NCBI RefSeq assembly: GCF_026210795.1
Contig: NC_089433.1
Span: 5,456,001 to 5,520,000 of the forward strand
Direction: 5' to 3'
From: Rhizophagus irregularis
Taxonomy: Eukaryota
Length of the DNA stretch: 64,000 nt
Part shown: positions 35,753 through 46,592 of the stretch, one piece after another
Numbering within the stretch: the first letter of the stretch is position 1
How the letters are laid out: each line of letters starts with the position of its first letter
Translations under genes and position numbers: made by a program
Notes under the pieces: generated by a model
What the model saw: only the letters and a program-made list of their open reading frames with translations
What the model was told of the DNA's origin: nothing
Databases searched by the model: none

Positions 35753-36067
35753 GCCTAAAATGGTGGTATGGAAGGGTACTAGATGGTTGATGTTACCTGT
35801 CGAAAGTCCTCCATGAAAGTAGATGCTCTCTAAAAGGTCGTTGAATAAATTGAGTATCGTATCGTACAATGGGTATAGGATGAGTAGGCGGCGTGTACTG
35901 CTTCAGATCGGCCTAAATGGCCCGAAGGGGGATGTCTTATAGTGGTGCTGTTACCTGAGGAATTAAGTACTCGGTTTAATAGTTGCCCATTGAAGATGAT
36001 AGGACACAGACCCGAGATTAGTCGCTAAGAGGCGAATGGGTGGTACGGCCGTAAAAGCACTTGCAAA
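35753..36067 (+). mobile_element. 5'-truncated copy of the structured SINE-like element
   Basis: Aligns by eye at roughly 90% to 36763-37071, shares the CACTTGCAAA 3' end, and is bounded by the 17-bp duplication. Confidence 0.9.
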
Positions 36068-36084
36068 GGAAAAGGATAAAACTA
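36068..36084 (+). repeat. 17-bp target-site duplication, copy 3
   Basis: GGAAAAGGATAAAACTA between the two SINE-like copies. Confidence 0.95.
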
Positions 36085-37071
36085 GGGTTGGTCACCCTAT
36101 CTTGGTGGTTAGTCGAGACCATCCGTTAAGCCTGAGTATGGTGAGGTTGCAGGTTCGATTCCCATGACCACGGAAATAAAAAGAATTTTACTGCGGACGC
36201 TACAACCAATAGCGTGAAGGTACAGGGATTAGTGTAGTTGGTTTACTGCATCATGGTGAATTAGTGTGTACAGTTAGGCCGCGGCATTTCAGGGGCGTAA
36301 GGGTCATGGTGCCTTCTTAACGTCCCTATGAGGCCATTGGCATGTGCGCAGTCCTGTCCATTCGAGGTCGCTACTATACCGGGGTGGGGGGACTTCCTGT
36401 GGGCTGGTGGTCACTCTGCGATGCCGCTTGGGGTCAGTAATGGCTAGATGGTCATCCATAGATGGTAAAGCTGAGGGTGCAATGTCTTAGTGGTAGTTAG
36501 ACTTCTGTTAGGTCTTAGGAACCAACCAAGGTGTTCGTGCACAGAACAGGTAGCATGGCTATGGGGTTCGATTCCCTACTCCTTGGGTCCTGGTTGGTTG
36601 ATCCCTGGTGGTTGATACCCACCATAAGGGGTGATCCTGGACAGATGCCTGCTACTTCCTGTCTGAGTGGTCACTTACAAAGTATACCACTTGGGGTAAA
36701 CAACTGTACTATCGGTGCTAGGTAATCGCGGGCTGTAGTGGCGCTTTGAGTGAGACTTAGTACCTAAAATGGTAGTATGGAAGGGTACTAGATGGTTGAT
36801 GTTACCTGTCGAAAATCCTCCATGAAAGTAGATGTTCTCTAAAGGTCGTTAAATAAATTGAGTATCGTATCATGCAATGGGTATAGGATGAGTAGGCGGC
36901 GTGTATCTGCTTCAGATCAGCCTAAAATGGCCCGATGGGAGATGTCTTATAGTGGTGCTGTTACGAGGAATTAAGTACTCGGTATAATGATTGCGCATTG
37001 AAGATGATAGGGCACGCCGAGATTAGTCTCGCCAAGAGGCAATGGGTGGTCTGGCCGTAAACACTTGCAAA
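36085..37071 (+). mobile_element. Full-length 987-bp tRNA-headed, structured SINE-like non-coding element
   Basis: Box A-like TATCTTGGTGG (36098) and box B GGTTCGATTCC (36152); TGGTCA/TGACCA acceptor-like stem; about 50% GC against an AT-rich background; many hairpins; no run of 5 or more T; no credible ORF; bounded by the 17-bp duplication. Confidence 0.85.
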
Positions 37072-37088
37072 GGAAAAGGATAAAACTA
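37072..37088 (+). repeat. 17-bp target-site duplication, copy 4
   Basis: Followed by CCACCATTCGATTCGTCTC, the continuation of host repeat unit 4. Confidence 0.95.
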
Positions 37089-38023
37089 CCACCATTCGAT
37101 TCGTCTCAGTGAGACGATTCTAACAAGCTAGCGACACATCTTTGTACGATTATTAGATGCCAAGTTATTTAATATATTCTTTATATAACCGTGATTATAA
37201 ACGGTTCTTTTTAATATAAGATTTTTGAGGATAGGTGTGATAGTGACTATAGATAGATTGTGACTATATAGGATAGATTTTAATAATAAAGTGTTTTGAA
37301 CATTCAACTGGTGTGACTATATAGTAGAATGTGACTATAACGGGAGTGACTATAGAGGGAGTTGACTGTAATTGCTTTACTTAATTTTTTACTTAAATAC
37401 AGGATTCTAAAAAATATATGAAACTGGAATCTGATTTTATATAATGAAACTGGTTTAATAACTCAAAGTTTGATTATTTGTATAGTAACCAATTGGCAAT
37501 TTAAAAGTTAGATATTTATTAATAGTTTGTTGATATTAATTAAATTATTATTTTTATATGTAATTTTTATTTTAAATATAATACTAATAAGATTTATAAT
37601 TATAAAAATCAAAATATTAAATATAGAATTTTATGATAATTTTAAATATAATGATTTTCTGTTAATATTAATTTACTTTACCTTAATAAAAATTAAATTT
37701 TAAAGTTTTTAATGAGTGAAAAGTAAGGTAAATTGCATATAACTTAAAAAAATGAAATTTAAAAAACTATATCAATATTTATATTAATGTAATTTTTGGT
37801 GAAATTTAAGGAATTAATCCAGGATATTATACAATTACTGGACTAGCATTATGTATATTGTTTGTATTTTTTAAAATAAGTACTATATATATAGTATTAA
37901 AACTTTACGTAATCTGTTAGAACCCTAAAGATCTACAAATGTGTCACAAAAGAAAAAGGGTATAGGTCGAGGAACCCTTTTTTGTTACCTGAAAGATATA
38001 TTTTAACGTTCCTTTTCTATAAT

Positions 38024-38467
38024 ATGGCAGAATCGGCAGAATCACAAAATTATGGATCAATAACTTCTCCTATCCCGCCACCATTCTCACCAACTTCACC
38101 TACTTCACCTGTTACGGCAGCATTTTCGCCAGATCCAAATATATCTCAACCTATTTCTGATGATAATTCTACTCGTTTACAAAAGATTGATAGTGAACAA
38201 GAAGAAATTAAACAGACTGCTGTAAATGCTTTACATCAAAATTCTATATTAGCTATGCATGTAATTGCAAGTGGTGAGGTAAATCAATTAAATAATTTTA
38301 CGATAGAAAAAAAAAAATCTTAAATCATACATTTTTATTTTATTTAGTCGCCTGCTAGAACTAGATTACGTATGTTGCGTTATTTAACAGGTTTGCCACA
38401 ACCTGAAAATAAAAATTTCATCACATCAACTTCATCATATAATGAAGGACCAAGTACAAGAGATTAA
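38024..38467 (+). CDS. Small two-exon hypothetical protein with Ser/Pro-rich N-terminus
   Basis: Exons 38024-38278 and 38348-38467 joined in frame by a GT-AG intron: ...NSILAMHVIASGE|SPARTRLRMLRYLTG... Confidence 0.7.
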
Positions 38468-38700
38468 AATTGAAGTGGGTCGATGATTATTAAATGATTA
38501 ACTTAATCAATCTTATAATTATTAAACCGTTTATTTCGTTACATTAATAATATATTTGGTTTTATTATTCATATTATTAATCCAATTAAGACAATTATTT
38601 TCTTTGGATTCATAGTTTTTAAATGTATCTTAAATTTAATAAAAAATTTTTTTTAAAATGTAAAATTATATACACTGCAAATTAGCAAAAAAGTTATGAT

Positions 38701-41700
38701 TTACATTTGACTGTTCCATCCCTGGATTTCGGGGACAGCCACTTTCTTCCCCTTAAATTCTGCTATCCCTCGGATCCTCCTACCACCAGCGATTATAGCA
38801 ACCGGCACAGCACTTGGTTGACCGGTGGTCAAAGCCGCTTTCTGTTTTTCATTCCCTTGATCCATTGGCATAATTCTTTCGTCGCATAAGGGACATTTAT
38901 AATTGGCATCGGTATTCTCAACTAATTCTTGATATTTTTCTGATGTGATGTCTTCATCACACCTTATATGGATCCACCTATCACATACATCACAGCAAAT
39001 CATTTCTTTATCATCTTCATTTTCTTCTCCATCTTCGGAATAAGTTTTCAAGCACATTGGACAGAACCTATCTTCGGAGAAGTTGAAATTGCATTTGTTA
39101 CATATCGTTGCCAAGTATATTGGAAATTTTGTTGATTCAGATGTTGCCTCCGCATGATGATAGTTGTTAGCAGCATCATTCAGCGAGATAGCTTTTTCTC
39201 CGCATGAATTGCATTGGGCACAAAGTGAACACAACCATGGGCCTATATTAAAAAAAAAATGTTATGATAAAGACTAAGGTGACTTAAATAAATCCAATAA
39301 ATTTCTTTACCTTGGGGAACTTCGGTAACTTTGGGATCACTACAATCAAGATGCCAGCCACGGTCACAGTCGTCGCAGATTAGAAGTGTTGATTCGTCTT
39401 CAGAAGAATGACATTTAACACAACTTTTGCAATCATTACATAGCCAAGAATATCCTTCCATTGCAATGATAGGTCGTGGGGTTGTAAGGCCTATGCAAAG
39501 CGGATGATACTTTCTTAAGCAATTTGCACATTTGCTCTTATATTCTTTTGAACATGATGCACCAGTACGGGGTACGGTGGCGTCAGGAGCAGTAATTGAA
39601 AAACATATCGCGCAAGAATTCTCAGGGAGAACGGGTAAAGGTTGAGCTACATTTGGAGTAGGTGCAACAACCGCGTAATTTGATGTAGCAACGTCATTTG
39701 ATAACTACAACAATAATTGTATATACTAATTAATGATAAAACGATAAATTTTGATTCACAAATTTAATATATTTTCTTACCGGGACTATACTGGAACCTA
39801 TTACAACAGGTTTAGTTCTTTCTAAGGTATTTCTATCCGAGGTTGCTTCAACATTTATAGGGTCACGCGGGTGTCCCTTATGATACATGCACCTGTCCCC
39901 CTCGAAAGACACCCCGCGTTTGCAAGGTTGTCCAGTTGTTGCGGTCAATACACCACAAATATACTGGGGAGGTGCTTTTCCAGTCGTATACTGAAACCTA
40001 TTCATAATATTACTTGTCTAAAAAAAAAAAAATAGAATATAAATTGTTTGAGAAATTATCATTAATATACTTGAAAAGTCTTGACGTACCGGATCAGGAG
40101 TATAATAGTAACGCTGTTCATATGGAGTCTCATTAGCATCATGTGACATAACAGATGATGGTTGCGGGGCAATTTCTTGGTGAGAGGCAACGGCCGAAGG
40201 GTGGTTTAAAACTCTGGGAAGATCTTGACCAAATCTTGTACGGTGACTATATCCATTTTATAAATCAGAGTATTAAATTAGTTTATAAAGGAAAACATGT
40301 TACAATTAAAAAATAATTACTTACATTGGATACCTATGTTGAAATTGGCCATCCATTAATGTCATAGGATATTTTTCCTCATGAGTTTGTCGTGTCCCCT
40401 CCTCCATTTTCATACTGTCAATAATCTGTCGGATCTCATGAGGTAAAACCTCCAAAACTTCTGGATTTAGCGTGCCAAAAGGATTGTGAGGGACCGTTTC
40501 AAAATGAATATCTGGATCCTTTGTTGCTATCGTAATATCACTTGATAGTGGTAATACTCTCGGCTGTGATAAGGCTTCAACTCGTATGCACGTAGGCTGA
40601 GTTGCCTGAGGTACTTGATCGATATTAGTATGAGGATCATAAAATCTTGGTTTTTCTTTCCTATGAATCTTTAATCTAGTATTATAATCTCTTGTCGATA
40701 AAGCTGTTTGATACATCCAATTTGTCTTATTGACAACTTTACGTGGTTTTGAACCCAAATATACTCGTCTTGAAAGAATATTACTAGCATTATCTGCTCC
40801 TGATGCCTCCCCTTTGTCACTCAGATCATCATCATTAAATCTAATTGATGATTCATAATAATCATCTTTCCTTCTTTTCCCCCCTACAATAATTTTCGAC
40901 CCAAACAGTTTGTACGTAGCTCTAGCTGAAACAAGTGTAATCGCTCTGCTTCTGAAATTTGATGGCAAAAATCCATGCGTGATAAGGTAATCACGTTCTT
41001 GATCTGTCGCATGTATTCGTTTCAAAGTTGGGTTCCGTAAAAAGAACAAATAACTGTCCCGAAAACCTAATAGTTTTGCAGGATCCATAGATAACATGTA
41101 CCAGATGTTTCCTCGAGATGGTAATTGAAAAACCTGTACTTTAAATTTACGACCACCTAATAACTCCCCGTCTTTCGTAATTTTTTGTTCCCCCTTTTCA
41201 TCAAGTTTACCATCATCTTCATCGTTATTGTTTCCTCCTTCAGCTTCATCAGCCTCCATTGGTTGTGTCGTTATCATTTGTTGAATTTCAACATTATTTT
41301 CGTCTGTTGGCTTATTACGTAATGTAGCATCGCCATTAACTTGCTTGCTCGACACTTCTAATTTCTTTCGACGTTTCGTATCAGCGTCGTCTTTCGTTTT
41401 CTTTCTACGTTTTGTGACACCACCATCATCTGCCTTTTTTTTACGTTTTGTGCTAGTAGGTGTGTTAATAATATTGTTAACAGATTCAGGATGCTTACGC
41501 GGTCGACCTGGTTTACGTTTTATCGGAGTTATAACTGTAGCCGTTGGCTGTGAAGGCTCGGGATTAACAGTATAACGTATTCTTAATCTCGGTTGCGGTG
41601 TTGGCTGTTTTTCTTGAGAAGTCTGATCAATGTCCATATCCATATTTGAATCTGTAGCAGTGGTATCTGTAATAGTTTGTGGAGTTTCTACTTGCTCAGT

Positions 41701-42003
41701 TTCAAGAGGGAGTGTAAGTGGTGTCAAAAGGGCTAATTTGTTGCCCTTACGTGCAGCAGAACGTGTTTGCCTTGGAATAGGAACAGGCTTAGAACGTGCA
41801 TTGCGCTTTGGTCTAGCTTCTCTTACTACATTATGTAAAATAAAAAGCGTTGTTAATGAGGTTATTTAGGAATATAGATCGACTATAACGCGAAAAAAAA
41901 GGCAGCACGATCTTAAAAGAATTATTTCATGGATTCGGTTCGTAAAAGTAAAGTAGTAATTAATAATTTGTAAATATAGTGAATACAAACCTCCTTGTGG
42001 CAT
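38701..42003 (-). CDS. SWI/SNF-RSC subunit: AT-hook, Rsc7/Swp82 domain, tandem PHD fingers (PHF10/BAF45-like architecture)
   Basis: KRKPGRPRK AT-hook; GELLGGRKFKV..YMLSMDPAKLLGFRDSYLFF (Rsc7/Swp82 CRC domain); WLCNDCKSCVKC..LICDDCDRGWHLDC and MICCDVCDRWIHIRC PHD fingers; first exon MPQG at 42003. Confidence 0.85.
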
Positions 42004-42871
42004 TTTAATTATGAGTTATTAAAAAATTATGTAAAGAAATGTTACTTTATAGATTGTAAAAGACAATTTGAGTGGCTTTCAAAAAAAAACTACATTATTG
42101 ATTTCTTATTGGCTGTAAATAAATTGAGATAATTACCGTCAAGGTTTCCGTTCAATTTTCCTAAACTATTTTCATTAAGATAAATGATAAATACACGTGA
42201 TGAGAATTACCATAGTAACTGGTTTAACGACTTAACGACTGAACGTAAGAACGATGTTTAATCAAAATCATGTTCATTAAGTATCGAAGTATCGATAAGT
42301 GACTATCATATTGTGTACATAATATAATATAATTATTTAAATAATATTAATCGAATAGAATAATAGAATCGTTTATCGTTTTTCGCCTGTTAAAATAATT
42401 TACTTTTTAGTTTTGCAAATTGTAAGCGGTTTATGTTTATATATATTCTCTCAGTTCATCATTCCCAATTCCCAAATGTACTGTTAAACAGATTTAGACG
42501 CAGAAGTCTTATCAGTTATTGTTTCTATTAATGTAATAAGTTTTTTATCACGTTTCAGGTGGGCAACAATCATTTTAGATTTAGGTAAAATCGGTATAAT
42601 TTATTTGATTTCTTCCATTAATTGTAGATTAGCGCTACCATAAATAAAAATTAGGGAGTTTACATAGTTGTGATTTCACTTACGCCGATTCAAAATTTCA
42701 TGACGCCAAAGGCCGTAGATTGATATTTATAGTGAAATTTTGTGAAACCTTCATCAATTGTTTACATAATTTTTTTGAATGCTCAAGTACGTGTTCTCCT
42801 CCGTTCTTTTGTTGAATTTCAACTACTTAATGCTTACTACTCATTTGAAAAAGTTTTAAAACCTTTGTGTT

Positions 42872-45800
42872 ATGAACGTCTTAAAATCTTTAGGCAAATT
42901 AATTTGGGGTAATTATGGGGGAATTTAGTGTTTGTTATAGCCATTGATCCATTAATTATAAAATAAATAAACATTTTATATAGGAAACCCTGATAACCCC
43001 GAACTCATAAAGATAACAAATGGAGAACTTTATCTTGTTAGACCAAATTTTAGTATAAAGGGAACCCGAGAGTGCATGTACGTGGTCTGATATTACGTTA
43101 CGCGTTTATCATGGAATAAATCCTTATATTTATATTATGAATTCAATGATTTCTTAGTTTTCATACCGCTCAAGCTACTGTTCGACGTACCGGAACAGAA
43201 TGGCAGTATCATATAGTGATCAGTAGGGTATTTGATGAAGGTGAAGAAGAGTTAGAGTTGCAAGATGAAGAAGAAGAACGTACGTGATCATTTTTATATT
43301 TCATTTTAGTTGAAAAGAATGACTAATTCTTTTATGATTGATTAGTCGAAGAAGAAAAGGTGTTCCTTATTGATGAATCTTTGAAGTTTCGTAAAGGACA
43401 AATTGAAGGATTGACCACATTTTCTTGGAGAGACTTATCCGGCGTAAGCATGACAGTATACTAATACTATATTTATGTATAAATATAATGCCTATTGATC
43501 TATAAGTCAATCTAATAAAATAGGATCCAGATGACTTATTCGAATTTGTTTGTGACATAAGTGTTACCGCGCATACTGTCAATGCTTTTGAATACACGGT
43601 ATATAATTGTATGTTTGAACGTAAATATCGAAAATCTAGAGATGAAGCGACTGAACAGGATATTCAAAGTTTTATTTTCGAGTGGGTTTTATTTTTTTAT
43701 TTTTTATTTATTTTTGTAGCTTATATAGCAAAATATAAATATCGCCAATTAATTATTAATTTATCCATTATAGCACAGAACTAAAAATAGATCAAAATGA
43801 TAAATCGCCCCCGTCAACTCCGAAGAATAGGTCTAGTTTTAATAAATCATTTACTACACCGACATCTGCTAGTACTACTCCAATGAAAGCGCGAAACATA
43901 GAAAGTCCATCTACTCCCACAAAGACTAGCATCAAATTAGAACTTCCTGGTGGTAGTTCATCGAAAATGACTTCAATTATAGATGTTGATGTTGAATTAC
44001 ATGTTTTCGATCCGAATACTGCTACGTTCTTAACGCAATCACCTCTAGCAACAGCGAGTATATTGAAAGGGAATAATTACGAATGTATCCTTACCATCTT
44101 TGTTAGAAAAAAATTTTTTTTTTATATACATGATTCTTGACACATAAAATTTATTCACAGATTGGCTTAATATCGAGGATGATAATCAAAGGCATGTAAC
44201 ACAGAAAATAGAGCCAAGAATGAATCCTGTGTTCAATTCAGTAAGCATCTTTGGAGCTATCGAAGGTTTCATTGTTTGGATTGAACATTAACATTTTTTC
44301 TTTATTTAGACACAACATTGTCTTATATGGGTTTACTTCGATGGTAAATTTCTATCGTTTCAATATATTACACAGATTAATGTCAGAATATAATAAAATT
44401 AAACGCTAAGGATATTATTCTGTAGGATTGGATCTGGTCTATTCCTTTTTAATTAAATTTCAGAACTTAGATAACGAAACCAACTTCAAAAAAAAATTTA
44501 CTTTAGCAATGTATGAAACTTTAAATGAAACGAAAGCCAAAGTTTGTATATCTTCAAATCTACGTAATTTATTGATGTTATTTAATGTCATTGACGTCCT
44601 ACTTATATTAGGAAGAAGAACAAGAATATCTTATGAATGCTTATCTAGATGAAGATGTTGAAATGGTCGATGCTGATGAAGAGGACTCGGAAGAAGGTAC
44701 TATGAATAATTACAATATATCATTCTTTTTTTCGGTTTTTATATCTATACTTCAAAACAAAATAGAAACAGGTTCCTCAGATGAAGACGACGATAACGAT
44801 ATTATTAACACTGAAAGTAAAGGAGACAATGTTAATACACAACTTTCTGTTGGGCAAAAGCTTGACAGATCCTTTATTCTTAAGGGCAATAAAATTGGTG
44901 TATTCAAACACACCGATGATGATAAGATAGAATTCACTAACAATATAGACAATATTTCTAAACCTCAGGGGAAGAAATTCAATCCTTCTAAGGTTATATT
45001 TCAATTGATTGTTTGAAATTGTATATTCATGAAGATATTTACGTATTACTTCTTTTTGTTGTAGATGATGTTGCATGAAGGAGATTCCAATATGATCCTG
45101 ATGGATGAAAATGACGAACATAGCCTTTTCAAGATGGACCTAGAATATGGCAAAGTAGTAGAAGAATGGAAAGTTCACGACATAATACCCGTTGAGAATA
45201 TTTTTCCTATAAATAAATTCGCCCAAACAACGGGAGAAAAATCAATTCTTGGTTTATCATATAATTCGATATATAGCATCGATCCTCGATTGCCAAATTT
45301 TAAATTGGTAAATGAGAAACGTCGGCAATATGTTACAAAAAATGATTTTATCAGTGGAGCTACTGACGCGAGTGGTCATATTGCCGTGGGGACTGAAAAA
45401 GGTGATATCAAACTATTTGATTCACTGGGAAAGATTGCAAAAACCAATTTGCCTGCCATGGGAAGTGCCATTAAAGGAATCGACGTGACTTCTGATGGTA
45501 AATGGTTGATTGCCACTACCGATAAATATTTACTGCTGATAAACACAGAAATTAAATCTGATCCTGAGGGCAGAACAGGATTTAAAAAAAGCTTTGCGAA
45601 AGACGAAAAGGTATTTTATTTTGTTAATTCAATATTCAAATAATAATGCAAATTTTATATAATTATTTATTCATTCTGTATTAGCCAAAGGCGAAAACAC
45701 TTCAGTTGAAGCCAGAACATTTAACTATTATGGGACATGATGTAAGCATTCGATCTTGTGTGGCTTGTTCTATAATGCATGATGAGTTCTTTTACTCATA

Positions 45801-46371
45801 TTTACTTTGAAAAATTTTAAGGTCAATTTCACACCTGCAAGATTTAATACCGGAGAACATGCGATGGAAAAAACTATTGTTACAAGGTAAAATATATTCT
45901 AAAAATTCTTGATTTCCATATAAATAATATAATGTAGGCATTTATAAGCTGTCACTTATTAGTACTGGACCATATGTTATCGCTTGGAATTTCCGACGCG
46001 TGAAACAAGGGAAATTGTTTGATTATCAAATCAAGCGTTACGATGATGATATAGTCGCAGACAACTTTAGGTTTGGACAAGATAAATCAATCGTCGTTAC
46101 ATTACCGCATGATGGTAAGTGAATTATTTAGTCATTATTTTACATTTTGATTATATTCATACTTAACATATGTTTTGTAGTTACCTTAACCAAAAAGACT
46201 CATTTATCAACTCCTACAAAATCAGCCCTTTCACCTTCAAAGGTATGTGTGTATATGTATTATTTACATTTGAGCTTAGTAATAATAATTAATTAAATGC
46301 AATTATAAATTTGTTAGAAATCTGCTTCAAGATCAAGAAATAATATTGCAAAATCACATGAAATTCATTAG
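42872..46371 (+). CDS. VID27: Vacuolar import and degradation protein 27 (multi-exon)
   Basis: KVFLIDESL, FSWRDL, DRSFILKGNKIGVFK, LFKMDLEYGKVVEEW, IDPRL, AKTNLPAMG, ARFNTG, STGPYVIAWNF. Confidence 0.92.
44085..44160 (+). other. Probable U12-type (minor spliceosome) GT-AG intron in VID27
   Basis: Donor GTATCCTT, branch-site-like TTCTTGAC at 44134-44141, acceptor CAG at 44160; splicing restores NYEYWLNIED. Confidence 0.8.
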
Positions 46372-46592
46372 CGTTACGATGAACTGATTCATTTGTATAA
46401 TTACTATTTGTGTGATTATAGAATCTAATAATTTTTTAATATTAAATATGATATATTATTCAAGATTCTATTCAAATTATATAATAAATTAAATTTATGT
46501 ATCGTTACACCAACTAAAAATCAATGCAATAGATCTGAAAATTTTTTTTTTTCATTATTTCAACGTCTTAAAATAAATTATTTGGAATAATC

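Larger units (their letters stand above)
27210..37368. mobile_element. Non-autonomous Tc1/pogo-type DNA transposon (~0.96 kb when empty) interrupted by three retroelements
   Basis: Left TA|CAGTCAACTCTCTTTATAGTCAC (from 27210), right GTGACTATAGAGGGAGTTGACTG|TA (to 37368): 23-bp TIR with 2 mismatches and TA on both sides. GTGACTATA/GTGATTATA motifs are repeated near both ends. Confidence 0.9.

Noticed and set aside
35968..36045. HDV-ribozyme-like 3' string GGCGAATGGG with a possible pseudoknot in the SINE tail
   Set aside because: No P3/L3 or P1.1 consensus, and the second copy reads GGCAATGGG; not supportable without a covariance search.
36085..36172. Functional tRNA gene
   Set aside because: T-stem and D-arm are degenerate, no clear anticodon loop, no T5 terminator; best read as a SINE head.
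36531..36725. 64-aa ORF in the SINE and the many short overlapping or antisense ORFs in the LINE and host genes
   Set aside because: No recognisable motifs; by-products of higher GC or shadows of real exons.
36745..37040. Group I intron R/S-like words (GAGACTTA, GAGATTAGTC) in the SINE
   Set aside because: No P/Q core or P3 could be built, and the element has retroposon boundaries.
27875..37088. CRISPR array or LTR interpretation of the direct repeats
   Set aside because: Eukaryotic context, 17-bp repeats, inserts of 0.3-7.8 kb, no cas genes; the ~315-bp duplicates do not flank the RT and there is no integrase or protease.
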